64,000 nucleotides of DNA from positions 53,453-117,452 of the forward strand of contig CP129476.1 in assembly GCA_030583805.1 (NCBI GenBank), in the 5' to 3' direction. Positions 9,782 to 19,590 of the stretch are shown here, in pieces; the first letter of the stretch is position 1, and every line of letters starts with the position of its first letter. Made by a program: the position numbers and the translations under genes. The stretch comes from Patescibacteria group bacterium. GTDB taxonomy: Bacteria > Patescibacteriota > Patescibacteriia > SG8-24 > DYFX01. The notes under the pieces are model-generated. The model was not told the DNA's origin. It searched no databases and saw nothing but the letters and a program-made list of their open reading frames with translations.

Positions 9782-10219
9782 TCAGATACCCTTGCTCTTC
9801 GGGGGTGGCGGAGGAGGATCGGCCGGCGCGGTACCCTCCGTGGCCGGAGCCATGATCGGCACCTTCTCGTCCGGCATCTTGACCTTCACGCCGTCGAACA
9901 CCTTGGAATCGAGCTTCTTGCCGACTTCCTTGGCGGCCTCCTTGGCGGCCTCTTGCTGAGCATCGCGCCCGCCGGGCGTCGCCTTCCGGATCGCGTCGCG
10001 GACTTCCTTGGTGGCGCCGCCCTGGTCGTTGCCGGTCGCCTTGTCGGCGCGCTGCTTGTTGCCGTCGTTCTCGCGCTTCACGCGGTGCGCGTCGCGCCTG
10101 TTGGCTCCGTCGGGGACAGGCTTCGTCTTCGGCACCACGGTGACCTGCACCTCTTCGGGCTTGACCGTCGGCTTCTCGCGTTCGCGCGGGTCGCCGCCCT
10201 CTTTCTTGTCATCTGGCAT
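9782..10219 (-). CDS. hypothetical low-complexity charged protein (K/E/D/P-rich, C-terminal PPPPPPK)
   Basis: 145 aa. GGAGG RBS 7 nt upstream of the ATG. Compositionally biased; no recognisable domain. Confidence 0.45.
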   Translation of the reverse strand: MPDDKKEGGDPREREKPTVKPEEVQVTVVPKTKPVPDGANRRDAHRVKRENDGNKQRADKATGNDQGGATKEVRDAIRKATPGGRDAQQEAAKEAAKEVGKKLDSKVFDGVKVKMPDEKVPIMAPATEGTAPADPPPPPPKSKGI

Positions 10220-10332
10220 GATCGTACTCCTCCGTTTTGGGATGACATAGATAGCTTGACACCAGGCCTAAAACGTGTAAAGGTGCGCCTGTTGTATCGC
10301 GACTTCAACCGCACATCTTGGAGGGAATGCGC

Positions 10333-10785
10333 ATGAGTTGCAGAGCAATCGAGATCAGCGGGCTTCAGCTGCGCAGGATCGTCCGGTGGGGCGTGTCGAT
10401 CCTGACGGATGGACCGAACCTGCTGCCGCGACCGTCGACCTGGAAACGGGTCTGCGTCGACCTGAAACCCGTCACGTTGACGGGGGACCCCAGCTTCCTG
10501 CGTCGCCTCAAGCAGATCGAGATGGTCGGCGGCAAGAACGCGGTGCTGGTGACGGCGCAGGATATCGCCGCGAACTCGGCGCTGGCGCGCTACCTGCTGT
10601 GCGCCGGCTGGACGATCATCGCCCGCGGCAACGGCGCCTACGCGGTGCAGAAGGTCATCTTCCGCCGGCCGATCAAGGACGATCTGGTCGGCGAGATCGA
10701 CCAGCACCAGATCTTCCAGGTGCCGACGAGCGCGCTCGCGCCGTGGGGCGGCACGCTCGATCCGATCACGCGCGCCGCTTCCTGA
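10333..10785 (+). CDS. hypothetical protein
   Basis: A GGAGGG RBS precedes ATG 10333 (MSCRAIEISGL...). No recognisable domain. The overlapping R-rich frame 10338-10826 was judged a shadow. Confidence 0.45.
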   Translation: MSCRAIEISGLQLRRIVRWGVSILTDGPNLLPRPSTWKRVCVDLKPVTLTGDPSFLRRLKQIEMVGGKNAVLVTAQDIAANSALARYLLCAGWTIIARGNGAYAVQKVIFRRPIKDDLVGEIDQHQIFQVPTSALAPWGGTLDPITRAAS

Positions 10786-10886
10786 TCGGGACGCTTTCAC
10801 GGTCACGACTTCGAGAGACCTTCTGAGGGGAAGGTCTCGTTTTTTATCTTGAAAAATATGGAGCGAACGGGTAGGCTGGGCGTGAC

Positions 10887-12281
10887 ATGGCACTCGACCT
10901 CACGCACGTCCACCGCATCCATTGCGTCGGCATCGGCGGCATCGGCGTTTCCGCCGCCGCCAAGTTTTTGCGTTTGCAGGGGAAGGACGTGAGCGGCTCC
11001 GACACCGCCCGCTCCGTCGTGACGGCCGATGCCGAGCGCGCCGGCGTGCGCGTGCTCGAACCCGCGGCTGAGAACGTCGCTCCGGATCTCGACCTTCTCA
11101 TTTACACGTCCGCCGCTCCAGAGACGCAGGCGGAGCGCCAAGCGGCCGCTGCCTTCGGTATCCCGCAGCTCAGCTATTTCGAATTTCTCGGACTTCTGTC
11201 CAAGCAGTACAAAACGGTCGCGATTTCCGGCACCAACGGCAAATCGACGACGACGGCGATGCTCGCGCTGATCCTCGAAAAGGCGGGATTGGATCCGACC
11301 GTGATCGTCGGCAGCCGCGTGCCGAGCTTTGAGTATGGAAACCTGCGCGTGGGCAAGAGCGACCTGTTCGTCGTCGAGGCGTGCGAATATCGCGAGCAGT
11401 TCATGAGCTTGTCGCCCGCAATGGTCGTCGTCACCAAAATCGTCGAGGACCACCTCGATTACTACCGCGACCTCGCGCATATCCAGGAAACGTTTAAAGC
11501 GTTTGCGGCCAAGCGGCCCGTCGACGGACCGTTGATTTGGAATGCGGATGATGCGGGCAGCCGCGAAGCGCTCGGCGCGCTCGCGGAGCCGAACAGCACG
11601 TTCGGATTTTCGAACGATGCCGATCTTCGCGTCGAGCGGCATGAAACTTCCGAAGGATTGCAGCGCTTTGACGCCGTGTTTAAGGACGGCGTCGCTTGGC
11701 GCGACCTCGAACTGCGCGTGCCCGGCACGTTCAACGTGTTGAACGCGCTCGCCGCGATCGGCGCGGCCCGCGCGCTCGGCGCGTCCGAAGAGGCGGTACG
11801 TTCGGCGCTGGCCTCCTTCGCCGGCATTTGGCGGAGATTCGAGAAGGTCGGCGAGACGCACGGCGCGCCCGTCATTTCGGATTACGGACACACGCCTGAC
11901 GCGATCGAGGCGACGCTCAAAGCCGCAAAGGAGTTTTATCCCGGAAAAAAACTTGTCGTCGCGTTCCAGCCGCACCACCACGAGCGCACGCGGAAGCTGT
12001 TTGACGCGTTCGTGAACGCGTTTGACGAGGCTGATACGCTCGTCCTTTCGGAAATCTACGGCGTCGAGGGTCGCAAAGAGGGGGAGCATGAGGTTTCCTC
12101 CCGCGACCTGGTCGACGCGATCAAGAAGCGCGGCCGCGTGGCCGCGGTTTCCTACGCCGCCGATCCGCCGGAAGCGCTGCGCCAGCTCGAGGCGATCGAT
12201 TCGAAAGATGCTATCATGCTTGTCATGGGCGCAGGCGACATCTATTCCATCGCGTATCCACTATGCAGAACATCCCGATGA
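10887..12281 (+). CDS. murC: UDP-N-acetylmuramate--L-alanine ligase
   Basis: 464 aa. N-terminal Rossmann HCVGIGGIGVSAAA and Mur ligase P-loop AISGTNGKSTTTAML. Typical MurC middle and C-terminal domains. Confidence 0.9.
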   Translation: MALDLTHVHRIHCVGIGGIGVSAAAKFLRLQGKDVSGSDTARSVVTADAERAGVRVLEPAAENVAPDLDLLIYTSAAPETQAERQAAAAFGIPQLSYFEFLGLLSKQYKTVAISGTNGKSTTTAMLALILEKAGLDPTVIVGSRVPSFEYGNLRVGKSDLFVVEACEYREQFMSLSPAMVVVTKIVEDHLDYYRDLAHIQETFKAFAAKRPVDGPLIWNADDAGSREALGALAEPNSTFGFSNDADLRVERHETSEGLQRFDAVFKDGVAWRDLELRVPGTFNVLNALAAIGAARALGASEEAVRSALASFAGIWRRFEKVGETHGAPVISDYGHTPDAIEATLKAAKEFYPGKKLVVAFQPHHHERTRKLFDAFVNAFDEADTLVLSEIYGVEGRKEGEHEVSSRDLVDAIKKRGRVAAVSYAADPPEALRQLEAIDSKDAIMLVMGAGDIYSIAYPLCRTSR

Positions 12282-14473
12282 AACCGCTCGACGCATTCCT
12301 CCTGAAGCTCGTCCGTTACGGCTTGTTCGCGGTGTTCGCGATCCCGTTCGTCGTCTGGTTGAGCCACCTCTATCCGTGGGTGACCGGAAAGGTCATGTGC
12401 TTCCAGATCCTGGTCGAACTGCTTTTCCCGTGTTACGTCCTGCTCGCGTTCCGCCGCAAAGAATTCCGCCCCTCGAAGTCGCCCTTCCTGTATGCCATGC
12501 TCGCGTACTTCGCCGTGGCGACGCTTTCGATGCTGTTGGGCGACAATACGCACCGGAGTTTCTGGTCCAAGCCGGACCGGCTCACGGGCCTCTTCTTCCA
12601 ATACCACCTGCTCGCCTTCTTCCTTATGGCCGGCGCCACCTGGCGCAAGGTCATGGTGCAGCCGGTGATCGCCGCCACGATTTCGGCAATCATCCTTTCT
12701 CTCCACGGCCTCCTTCAGGTGATGTTCCCTCCCGCGGGCGCGCTCGACGTGCGCGGATCCGCCACGCTCGGAAACGCCAGCTATCTCGGGCAGTACCTCG
12801 TACCGCACCTGTTCCTTGCCGGCTGGTTGGTCGCGCGCTACTGGAAAACGCCTTTGCGTTGGGCTTGGGGCGCAGCCGGCCTCGTGATCATGTTCGGCAT
12901 TTTTGCGACGAAATCCAAAGGCGCCTTGCTCGGCGTCGTGATCGGCGCGCTCGCGGCCTCCTTGATCGCCGCGGTGCGCGGAGGCAGGCGCGCGAGGATG
13001 TTCAGCTTGATCGGCCTCGGTCTCGTGGTCCTGGCGGCCGTCGCGTACCTGATCGGCAACCAGGTGCAACCGTTCAAGCGCTGGCTTTATGACGGACGCT
13101 TGTCGATCCAATACTTCCAGGAAACGAGCCATTCGCGAAAACTCCTGATCAGCAACGCTCTCAAGGGGTTCTCGCAGAAACCTTTGCTCGGCTGGGGTCC
13201 TGAGAACTTTGAAAGCGGATATTATTTCAACTACGATCCGCTCACGCTCCAGTACGGAGAATACGAAACGCGCCAGGACCGTCCTCACAACCTGGTGCTT
13301 GAGATGCTGCACAACCTTGGCGCGCTGGGATTCCTGGCCTATACCGCCGTCTTCGTTTTTGCCGTGCGCGTCGCCGTTACGCGAAAGCGGGAAGACTGGG
13401 TTCTTGGCGCCGGACTCGTCGTCGCGGCGATCGCGCAGGTCGGCACCAACCTGTTTATCTTCGAAACACCGATGTCGTATCTGGCGCTCTTCTTCATGTT
13501 CTCCCTTGTCGCTGCTGAAGCAGCTTCGCGCGAGGAGCGAGAAGAGGGGGCTGACGAGTCGAGCCAGGCCGCCGTGCCGCTCGCGCTGCTCGTCGCGCTT
13601 CTGAGTCTTTGGAGCTTGTATACCGTGTCCGCAAGCGTCCGCGCCGCCAAAATTACGTCGCAAATGATCATGGCGCTTTCGCAACCGGGACGCACGGCCG
13701 AAGAATGGTCTGGAATGCTCGAGGAGCTGCGCAAGAAAGAATCTCCCTACTACGAACGGCATATTCGCGCGGCCACGTCGCATCTCAGCCAGTCGCGCGG
13801 CGAATACCTCGAAGGGCCGTACCGTCCGATCCTGATCGATTTGGCGGAAGACGAGTACCGCCGTTTCAAGAATCGCAACGATTACGTCCAGGCGCTCGTG
13901 ATCTCTTCCGCGTACCTGAGCTTCGGACCGCGTACGCCAGAGCAGCAAGCGGCGCTCGAAGACGCTGCGGCGCGGGCGGCGGCGCGTTCGCCCAACCGGC
14001 ACGAGGTCGAGGTGATTCTGGCGCAGATCGCGTGGGAAAAAAATGAGCTCGACGTGGCCGAGACGCACATCAATCGGATTCGCGAGCTCGATCCGTCGCT
14101 TCCGCTCGGCGGCGGCTGGTGGATGCGCTGGCAGCTTGAATTCCGCGATCCGACGGCGGCTCCGAAATATCTGGCGGAGCACCCGGAGATCAAAGACAGC
14201 CAGGACGCGTGGGACCAGGTCGAATACGGCACGCTTCATATGCTGAACCAGAGGCGCTGGGCCGATCTTCTCGCGGTACAAAAAGCGTCCGCCGAAGCGA
14301 ACGTGCGAAATGTCCAATGGGATCTTGTGGGAGCGATCGGCGCCTGGGCGCTCGGCGACAAAGCCAAGAGCGACGCTTTGATCAGCGAAGCGCGCGCGCT
14401 CTATCCGGAAAAGCTCGATCTCGTCGAAGCGATCGCCGGACAGCGTGAAGTTATCGTCGCGAACGGCGGTTAA
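12263..14473 (+). CDS. O-antigen ligase/polymerase (WaaL/Wzy)-like polytopic membrane protein with C-terminal TPR-like domain
   Basis: 736 aa. About 12 TM segments. Wzy_C-type loop (RPHNLVLEMLHNLGALGF). C-terminal ~280 aa soluble helical repeats (TPR-like). Overlaps the murC stop. Confidence 0.8.
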   Translation: MQNIPMKPLDAFLLKLVRYGLFAVFAIPFVVWLSHLYPWVTGKVMCFQILVELLFPCYVLLAFRRKEFRPSKSPFLYAMLAYFAVATLSMLLGDNTHRSFWSKPDRLTGLFFQYHLLAFFLMAGATWRKVMVQPVIAATISAIILSLHGLLQVMFPPAGALDVRGSATLGNASYLGQYLVPHLFLAGWLVARYWKTPLRWAWGAAGLVIMFGIFATKSKGALLGVVIGALAASLIAAVRGGRRARMFSLIGLGLVVLAAVAYLIGNQVQPFKRWLYDGRLSIQYFQETSHSRKLLISNALKGFSQKPLLGWGPENFESGYYFNYDPLTLQYGEYETRQDRPHNLVLEMLHNLGALGFLAYTAVFVFAVRVAVTRKREDWVLGAGLVVAAIAQVGTNLFIFETPMSYLALFFMFSLVAAEAASREEREEGADESSQAAVPLALLVALLSLWSLYTVSASVRAAKITSQMIMALSQPGRTAEEWSGMLEELRKKESPYYERHIRAATSHLSQSRGEYLEGPYRPILIDLAEDEYRRFKNRNDYVQALVISSAYLSFGPRTPEQQAALEDAAARAAARSPNRHEVEVILAQIAWEKNELDVAETHINRIRELDPSLPLGGGWWMRWQLEFRDPTAAPKYLAEHPEIKDSQDAWDQVEYGTLHMLNQRRWADLLAVQKASAEANVRNVQWDLVGAIGAWALGDKAKSDALISEARALYPEKLDLVEAIAGQREVIVANGG

Positions 14474-15617
14474 GCACCGAACGGTACAGCGCGAGCACGG
14501 CTTCCACCATGGCCGAACCTGAGCGGCGTTCCGCAATGCGCGGGGCGCCGCTTTTGAGTTCATGATACAGCGTGCGGTCCGTCAGGACGTCGTGAAGCGC
14601 GCGCCGCAAAGCCTCAAGGTTCCCCGGTTCCACCAGCAAACCGCTGCGTCGGTCTTCGATCAGTTCCGGCAGGGCGCCGACGCGCGTGGCGACGATCGGA
14701 ATCTCGGCGAGCGACGCTTCAAGAATCGTCCACGGCAAACCTTCTTTTGTGGAAGGGAGGACAAAAACATCGAAGCCCTTCATGAGCGTGGCCGCGTCTT
14801 TCACGGCGCCCGGGAGGCAGACGCGGTCCTTGTGCGGGAGGGCGGCGTGCAACGCGCGCAGGCGCGGCATGTCCGGCCCGTCGCCAAGCACGACGAGATC
14901 GAGTTCCGGGAAGTCCGGCGCGAGGCGCTCGAACGTTTCAAACAGCATCGGCAAATTTTTCGCGGGGTAGGCGTTGGCGATCGTGCCGAGAACCAGACGG
15001 TCGAGTCGCGTGCCACAGCGCTCTGCCAGGCGTTCACGGGCGTCGTCGTGGTCCAGGAAAGCGATCTCCTCGCGATCGATGCCGAGCGGAATGATCGCGA
15101 GCGTCTGCGCGGTTGCCAAGCGTCGGCGCAAAGCGACGTCGCGCTCCGCTTCGGACAAGGTGATCGTGGCGCTCCGCCAGCGTGCGGCAAGTTTCTCGCT
15201 CAGCAAAAGCGTCAGTCGGAACAGCAAGCTGCGGCGTTCGAGAAAGCCCCAGCCGTGCGCGGTGTAGATCACGGACGGCCGGTACGCGGACATCCGCGCC
15301 GCGAGCGCGCCGATCAATCCCGCCTTGCTGCTGTTCGTGTGGATCAGGTCGAAGCGCTCGCGGTCGATCAGGCGGCGCAGCGCGCGCACGGCGAGCACGT
15401 CGCTGATGGGGGAGATGGGTTGTCGAAGTTCCGGAATTTCAAGCGCGCGCACCTCGGCAGGCAGCGCGGAAAACAGCTCGTGTTTCGGCGAACGGCCGGC
15501 GGCCACCGTTACGTCGAACGTTTTTGCGGCCTGCGCGGCCAGGCGCGCGACATAGCGTTCGGCGCCGCCCCAAGAGGACGACGTCACGAGCAGCAGGATT
15601 TTCGGTTTCGATTCCAT
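14451..15617 (-). CDS. glycosyltransferase family 4
   Basis: GT4 motif (STKEGLPWTILEASLAEIPIVATRVGALPELI). The ATG giving MESKPKILLLV is preferred. The track's upstream M is a TTG with no SD. Confidence 0.8.
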   Translation of the reverse strand: MESKPKILLLVTSSSWGGAERYVARLAAQAAKTFDVTVAAGRSPKHELFSALPAEVRALEIPELRQPISPISDVLAVRALRRLIDRERFDLIHTNSSKAGLIGALAARMSAYRPSVIYTAHGWGFLERRSLLFRLTLLLSEKLAARWRSATITLSEAERDVALRRRLATAQTLAIIPLGIDREEIAFLDHDDARERLAERCGTRLDRLVLGTIANAYPAKNLPMLFETFERLAPDFPELDLVVLGDGPDMPRLRALHAALPHKDRVCLPGAVKDAATLMKGFDVFVLPSTKEGLPWTILEASLAEIPIVATRVGALPELIEDRRSGLLVEPGNLEALRRALHDVLTDRTLYHELKSGAPRIAERRSGSAMVEAVLALYRSVLNRRSRR

Positions 15618-15672
15618 GATGCGGACTTTAAACTTCTTGCTTTTCGCTTTACCCAAGGTACACTATACACGC

Positions 15673-17892
15673 ATGAAAGTCGTCTTCGCCACCGGCATTT
15701 TTCCTCCCGATATCGGCGGTCCCGCCACCTCGGTTTCGGCGTTGGCTGAAGCGTGGAGCGCGCGCGGGCATCGCGTTACGGTCGTGACGTATGCCGATTC
15801 CGTGGAGGACGGCGCGCGTTCCGCGTACGGGGTCGTTCGCGTTCCGCGCGCGTTGCCCGCATGGAAGCGCTACGCGGCTTTTTTTCGCGCGCTTTGGCGC
15901 GCGTCCGACGAACCCGGGCCGATCTTCGCGCAGGACGCGATCGCTTCAGGCGTGCCCGCGCTCCTGGTCGCCTGGCTCCGCCGCCGGAGGTTCATCGTCC
16001 GGATCGCGGGCGATTTCGCCTGGGAGCAAGCGCACGTGAAGTACGGGTACGGCGAATCGCTCGAAACCTTTCAAAAAGACGCACGCGTTCCGCTCGTACC
16101 GATGGTTTTGCGCGCGGTGCAGCGCTTCGTGTATCGCCGCGCTGATCTCGCGCTCGCGCCCAGCCGCTACCTGGCCGCGGTGCTCCGCGACTGGGGCGTC
16201 CCCGAACGCCGCATTCGCATGGTGTACAACGGCGTCCATCTCCCAGAGGTTGCCGGCGAGCGCGGGAAGCATCCGCGCCGCATCGTCGCGGCCGGACGTC
16301 TCGTGCCTTGGAAAAATTTCGACGTCTTGATCAAGGCGATGCCGCGCGTCGTCGAGCGCTTTCCCGATGCGGAGCTGCTGATTGCCGGCGACGGACCTGA
16401 ACTCACGCGCCTGCGCGCGCTGGCGAGCGCGCCGATGCTCGCGGAACGCGTGACGTTCGCGGGCAAAATGGAACGCGAGGCGCTTTGGAAAACCATTGCC
16501 GAGAGCGGCGTTTTTGCGCTCGTGAGTTCTTACGAAGGCTTCTCGCACCAGCTGGTCGAAGCCTCGGCGTGCGGCACGGCGATTGTCGCGAGCCGCGCCG
16601 GAGGCAACACGGAACTTATCGAGAACGGGCGAAACGGCCTGCTGGTCGAACCGGGCGATGCCGCGTCGCTGGCGCAGGCGCTGATTCGGTTTCTGGAGGA
16701 TCCGGCATTCGCGCGCGCGTGCGCTGAAGAAGCGGCAAAAGATGCGCGGACGTTTTCGATCGAGCGGCAAATTGCGGAAACGTCCGAGATCGTACTCGGC
16801 GCGCCCGGACTCCGCGTCGTTCTCGTCAGCCGCGACGGCACGGTTGCCGATGCCGCTTCGCGGACGGCCGCGCGCATGCGGTCCTACGGCGAACGCGTCG
16901 ATCATCTTCGTGTCGTGAGCCTCGCGAAACAGGACGCGGCTTCGGTCGAGCTCTCGCCGCGGGTTCATGCGGATGTCGTTGACGTTCGCGGGTATCCTTT
17001 GCCGTGGCGGCTCGTGCGGCAGGTGCGCGAGGCGATCGCGGCGGAGCAGGCGACGCTCGTGGTCGCGCAAGATCCGTTCGAAGCGGGATTGGTTGGCGCG
17101 GCTGCGGCCTCGGCCGAGCAGGTTCCGTTCGTTGTCGAAGAACACGGCGGCGTCTATCTTTCCGAACATTGGCGGCAGGAGACGCTGAAACACAAGGTGT
17201 TGTATCCGCTCGGGCTCCGCGTCCTGAAACGCGCCGCCGGTATCCGGGCGGTCAGCGTGAAAATCGAAGAAGACCTGCGTCGGCGTTTTCCGACGGCGGA
17301 GATCGTCAAGATTCCCGTCTACACGGAACCGCGCACGTGCCGTTCGAGCGCGCCGCCGCACGTGTTCGGATACGTCGGCCGCTTCGTGCCGCAAAAGAAT
17401 CTCTTCGGCATGCTTGAAGCGTTTGCCGTGGTCGCCAGAGCGCTTCCGCAAGCGAAGCTGCTGCTTGTCGGCGCCGGACCGCTTGAAAACACGCTCAAGG
17501 CGCGCGCCTTCGTTCTCGGTATTTCAGAACGCGTGGAATGGATCGCGCACACGGAAAGCGTCGACAGCGTCTATGAACGCATCGGTACGCTCGTGCTTTC
17601 TTCGTGGTACGAGGGCTGGGCGCGCGTGGTGCCGGAAGCGATGTCCTGCGGTATTCCCGTCGTCATGACGGACGTGGGCTGCGCCAACGAATTGTTGCGC
17701 AACGGCATGGAAGGGTACGTCGTTCCGATCGGGGACGATGCCGTACTGGCCAAGGCGATGATCGATATCGTGCAGTCTGGAAAGCACGGGCTTTTGGCCG
17801 CCGCGGCGAAGCGCCGCGTCGAAACGTCGCCGACGCCGCAAGAGCTCGGCGATCGGCTGGTCGATTTTTGGAAGCGCTTCGGAGCGGCCTAG
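15673..17892 (+). CDS. tandem GT4-GT4 fusion glycosyltransferase
   Basis: 739 aa from ATG 15673 (MKVVFATGIFPP). Two complete GT4 units, each with its own E-x7-E-type motif (SSYEGFSHQLVEASACGTAIV...; SSWYEGWARVVPEAMSCGIPVV...). Confidence 0.8.
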   Translation: MKVVFATGIFPPDIGGPATSVSALAEAWSARGHRVTVVTYADSVEDGARSAYGVVRVPRALPAWKRYAAFFRALWRASDEPGPIFAQDAIASGVPALLVAWLRRRRFIVRIAGDFAWEQAHVKYGYGESLETFQKDARVPLVPMVLRAVQRFVYRRADLALAPSRYLAAVLRDWGVPERRIRMVYNGVHLPEVAGERGKHPRRIVAAGRLVPWKNFDVLIKAMPRVVERFPDAELLIAGDGPELTRLRALASAPMLAERVTFAGKMEREALWKTIAESGVFALVSSYEGFSHQLVEASACGTAIVASRAGGNTELIENGRNGLLVEPGDAASLAQALIRFLEDPAFARACAEEAAKDARTFSIERQIAETSEIVLGAPGLRVVLVSRDGTVADAASRTAARMRSYGERVDHLRVVSLAKQDAASVELSPRVHADVVDVRGYPLPWRLVRQVREAIAAEQATLVVAQDPFEAGLVGAAAASAEQVPFVVEEHGGVYLSEHWRQETLKHKVLYPLGLRVLKRAAGIRAVSVKIEEDLRRRFPTAEIVKIPVYTEPRTCRSSAPPHVFGYVGRFVPQKNLFGMLEAFAVVARALPQAKLLLVGAGPLENTLKARAFVLGISERVEWIAHTESVDSVYERIGTLVLSSWYEGWARVVPEAMSCGIPVVMTDVGCANELLRNGMEGYVVPIGDDAVLAKAMIDIVQSGKHGLLAAAAKRRVETSPTPQELGDRLVDFWKRFGAA

Positions 17893-18881
17893 GCTTCGAC
17901 GTCGTAAAAACCTTTCGCGTTGCGCGGGAAAGCGCGGATCTGTTCCGGCGGGCTGACGCAAAGATCGCCCGGTTTCAACGGGAACGGGGCTTCGTGCGCG
18001 TGAACGAGCAGAATGCCTCCGCGGCAGCAGACAAGCCATTTGCCGTTCGGGAACGTTTCAAGGACGGTTCCCGGAGCGCGTCCGGACTGTCCGTAGGCGA
18101 TCGCGTCCGTTTCGAATATCGAGGCGCGATGGATCGTGATCTTCTCGCCGCGCACGTACGTGAAGGCGCCGTTGAACGGCGGCGCGACCGCTCGAATGAA
18201 CCGCTCGATGTCCTCGAGATCCGCGCGCCAATCGATCAGGCTGTCTTCAGGATTCCGTTTCGGATAGAACGTCGGCGTCTCGTCGCTTTGCGGCGCCAGG
18301 CGAAACTGGCGCTCGAGAAGCGCCGGCAAATTTTTGATGATGAGGCGTTTCATCGCCAAGGCGTTTTTAAAATGCATCGTCTCGGCCGTGTCCTCCGGAC
18401 GGATCGTGAACCTGAACGTGTCCAGAACAGCGCCGGAATCGACGCCGGGATCGTACCGAAAGAGGTTCGTATAAAACTCCGTCCGCCCTTCCAAAATCGA
18501 CCAATTCATCGGCGAGCGCCCGCGGCCCTTGGGCAGGTTTTCGGCGCTGCCGTGCATGCCGAACGCGCCGATGCGGATGAGATCAAGAACGTTTGCGGGA
18601 ATCAGCCGCTGCCAGCCGATCACGAAGGCGAGATCGAGCTGCATGGAACGGATCGCCTCGACGTCCTCCGGCTCTTTCAGGGCATAGCTTCGCGCGACGT
18701 AGCAGGGAATGCCGTGCGCTTCGGCGAACGCGCGCAAGTCTTCGTAGTCGGCGACGTCGTTTTTCGCGGCAAGTTCCGGCGAGATCGTAATGAGCTGCTG
18801 CACGCCGCGCTGCGCCAAAAGCGCCTCAAGCATGAAGCGCGTCGTTTGCTTGCAGCCGAAGATGGCGATCTTCGCGTTCAT
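17889..18881 (-). CDS. formyltransferase family protein (sugar N-formyltransferase / Fmt-like)
   Basis: Start MNAKIAIFG. Formyl_trans_N region (HGSAENLPKGRGRSPMNWSILEG) and C-terminal Fmt-like domain. Stop overlaps the next gene start. Confidence 0.8.
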   Translation of the reverse strand: MNAKIAIFGCKQTTRFMLEALLAQRGVQQLITISPELAAKNDVADYEDLRAFAEAHGIPCYVARSYALKEPEDVEAIRSMQLDLAFVIGWQRLIPANVLDLIRIGAFGMHGSAENLPKGRGRSPMNWSILEGRTEFYTNLFRYDPGVDSGAVLDTFRFTIRPEDTAETMHFKNALAMKRLIIKNLPALLERQFRLAPQSDETPTFYPKRNPEDSLIDWRADLEDIERFIRAVAPPFNGAFTYVRGEKITIHRASIFETDAIAYGQSGRAPGTVLETFPNGKWLVCCRGGILLVHAHEAPFPLKPGDLCVSPPEQIRAFPRNAKGFYDVEA

Positions 18882-19585
18882 GAAGGGATACGCGTTCGGT
18901 AGGGAATGCAATTCTCCGCGACGTGCGCCTGAAAGCGATTGGCGCGCTCCGTTACGAAGCGGTCAAGAAGATCCACGTTATCCTTCGTGTTCGGATACAT
19001 CCACCAGAGCGGATGGATGAGGAGGTGCATCGCTTTGGTCTGCTTCCATTCCTCCGTTTCGAACGGGTGTCCGAAACGGAACAGGCCTTGGGAATCGGAA
19101 ACGTACTTGATGTCCTTGAAGTACTTGTTCTGGTAGGTGTGTTCGACGCCACAGAGCGGAGCGTCGCAGTTCTTGAGAAAATCGTTGGGGCGGTGCACGC
19201 TCATGACCGTGACCGGCACGCCGAAATACGATTCAAAAAGCGCTTTTTCCTCGAGAAAGCCTTGTTCGACGTTTTCATAATGCGTCGGATCGAAATGGAT
19301 GCTGACGCGGTGCCCGCGCGCATGGATCGAATGGATATATTCGGCGTTCGCGCGCGAAAAGGGGTTGTAGGAATCCGAACGCATCAGGAAAAAGTAGGTC
19401 GCTTTCACCCCGAGCGCGTCTTCCGCCAGCGACATGTCGTGCGCCAGCTTCACGTCAAAGTCGACGTCGTGGCGCACGATGAGTTCTCCCGTCGCGCCCG
19501 TCGCCTGATCAAAAAAAATCGGACGATAGCCGTTGAAGGCAAAGCCTTGAAGCAATGCGGCGTATTTTCCGAGATAGCTTTCCAT
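18878..19585 (-). CDS. hypothetical protein, possible polysaccharide deacetylase-like (NodB-fold) enzyme
   Basis: 235 aa. VRHDVDFD...GVKATYF resembles CE4 deacetylase motifs. Assignment is weak. Confidence 0.45.
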   Translation of the reverse strand: MESYLGKYAALLQGFAFNGYRPIFFDQATGATGELIVRHDVDFDVKLAHDMSLAEDALGVKATYFFLMRSDSYNPFSRANAEYIHSIHARGHRVSIHFDPTHYENVEQGFLEEKALFESYFGVPVTVMSVHRPNDFLKNCDAPLCGVEHTYQNKYFKDIKYVSDSQGLFRFGHPFETEEWKQTKAMHLLIHPLWWMYPNTKDNVDLLDRFVTERANRFQAHVAENCIPYRTRIPS

Positions 19586-19590
19586 GGGGT

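Noticed and set aside
12242-14563. 773-aa minus-strand ORF
   Set aside because: R/E/D-rich shadow of the Wzy/WaaL-TPR gene. No domain motifs.
14451-15656. Longer GT4 ORF starting MGKAKSKK
   Set aside because: That M corresponds to a TTG with no SD. The internal ATG giving MESKPKILLLV matches GT4 N-termini, so the shorter model was used.
15946-17451. 501-aa minus-strand ORF inside the GT4-GT4 gene
   Set aside because: Shadow frame.
17604-18902. 432-aa plus-strand ORF
   Set aside because: Shadow of the formyltransferase.
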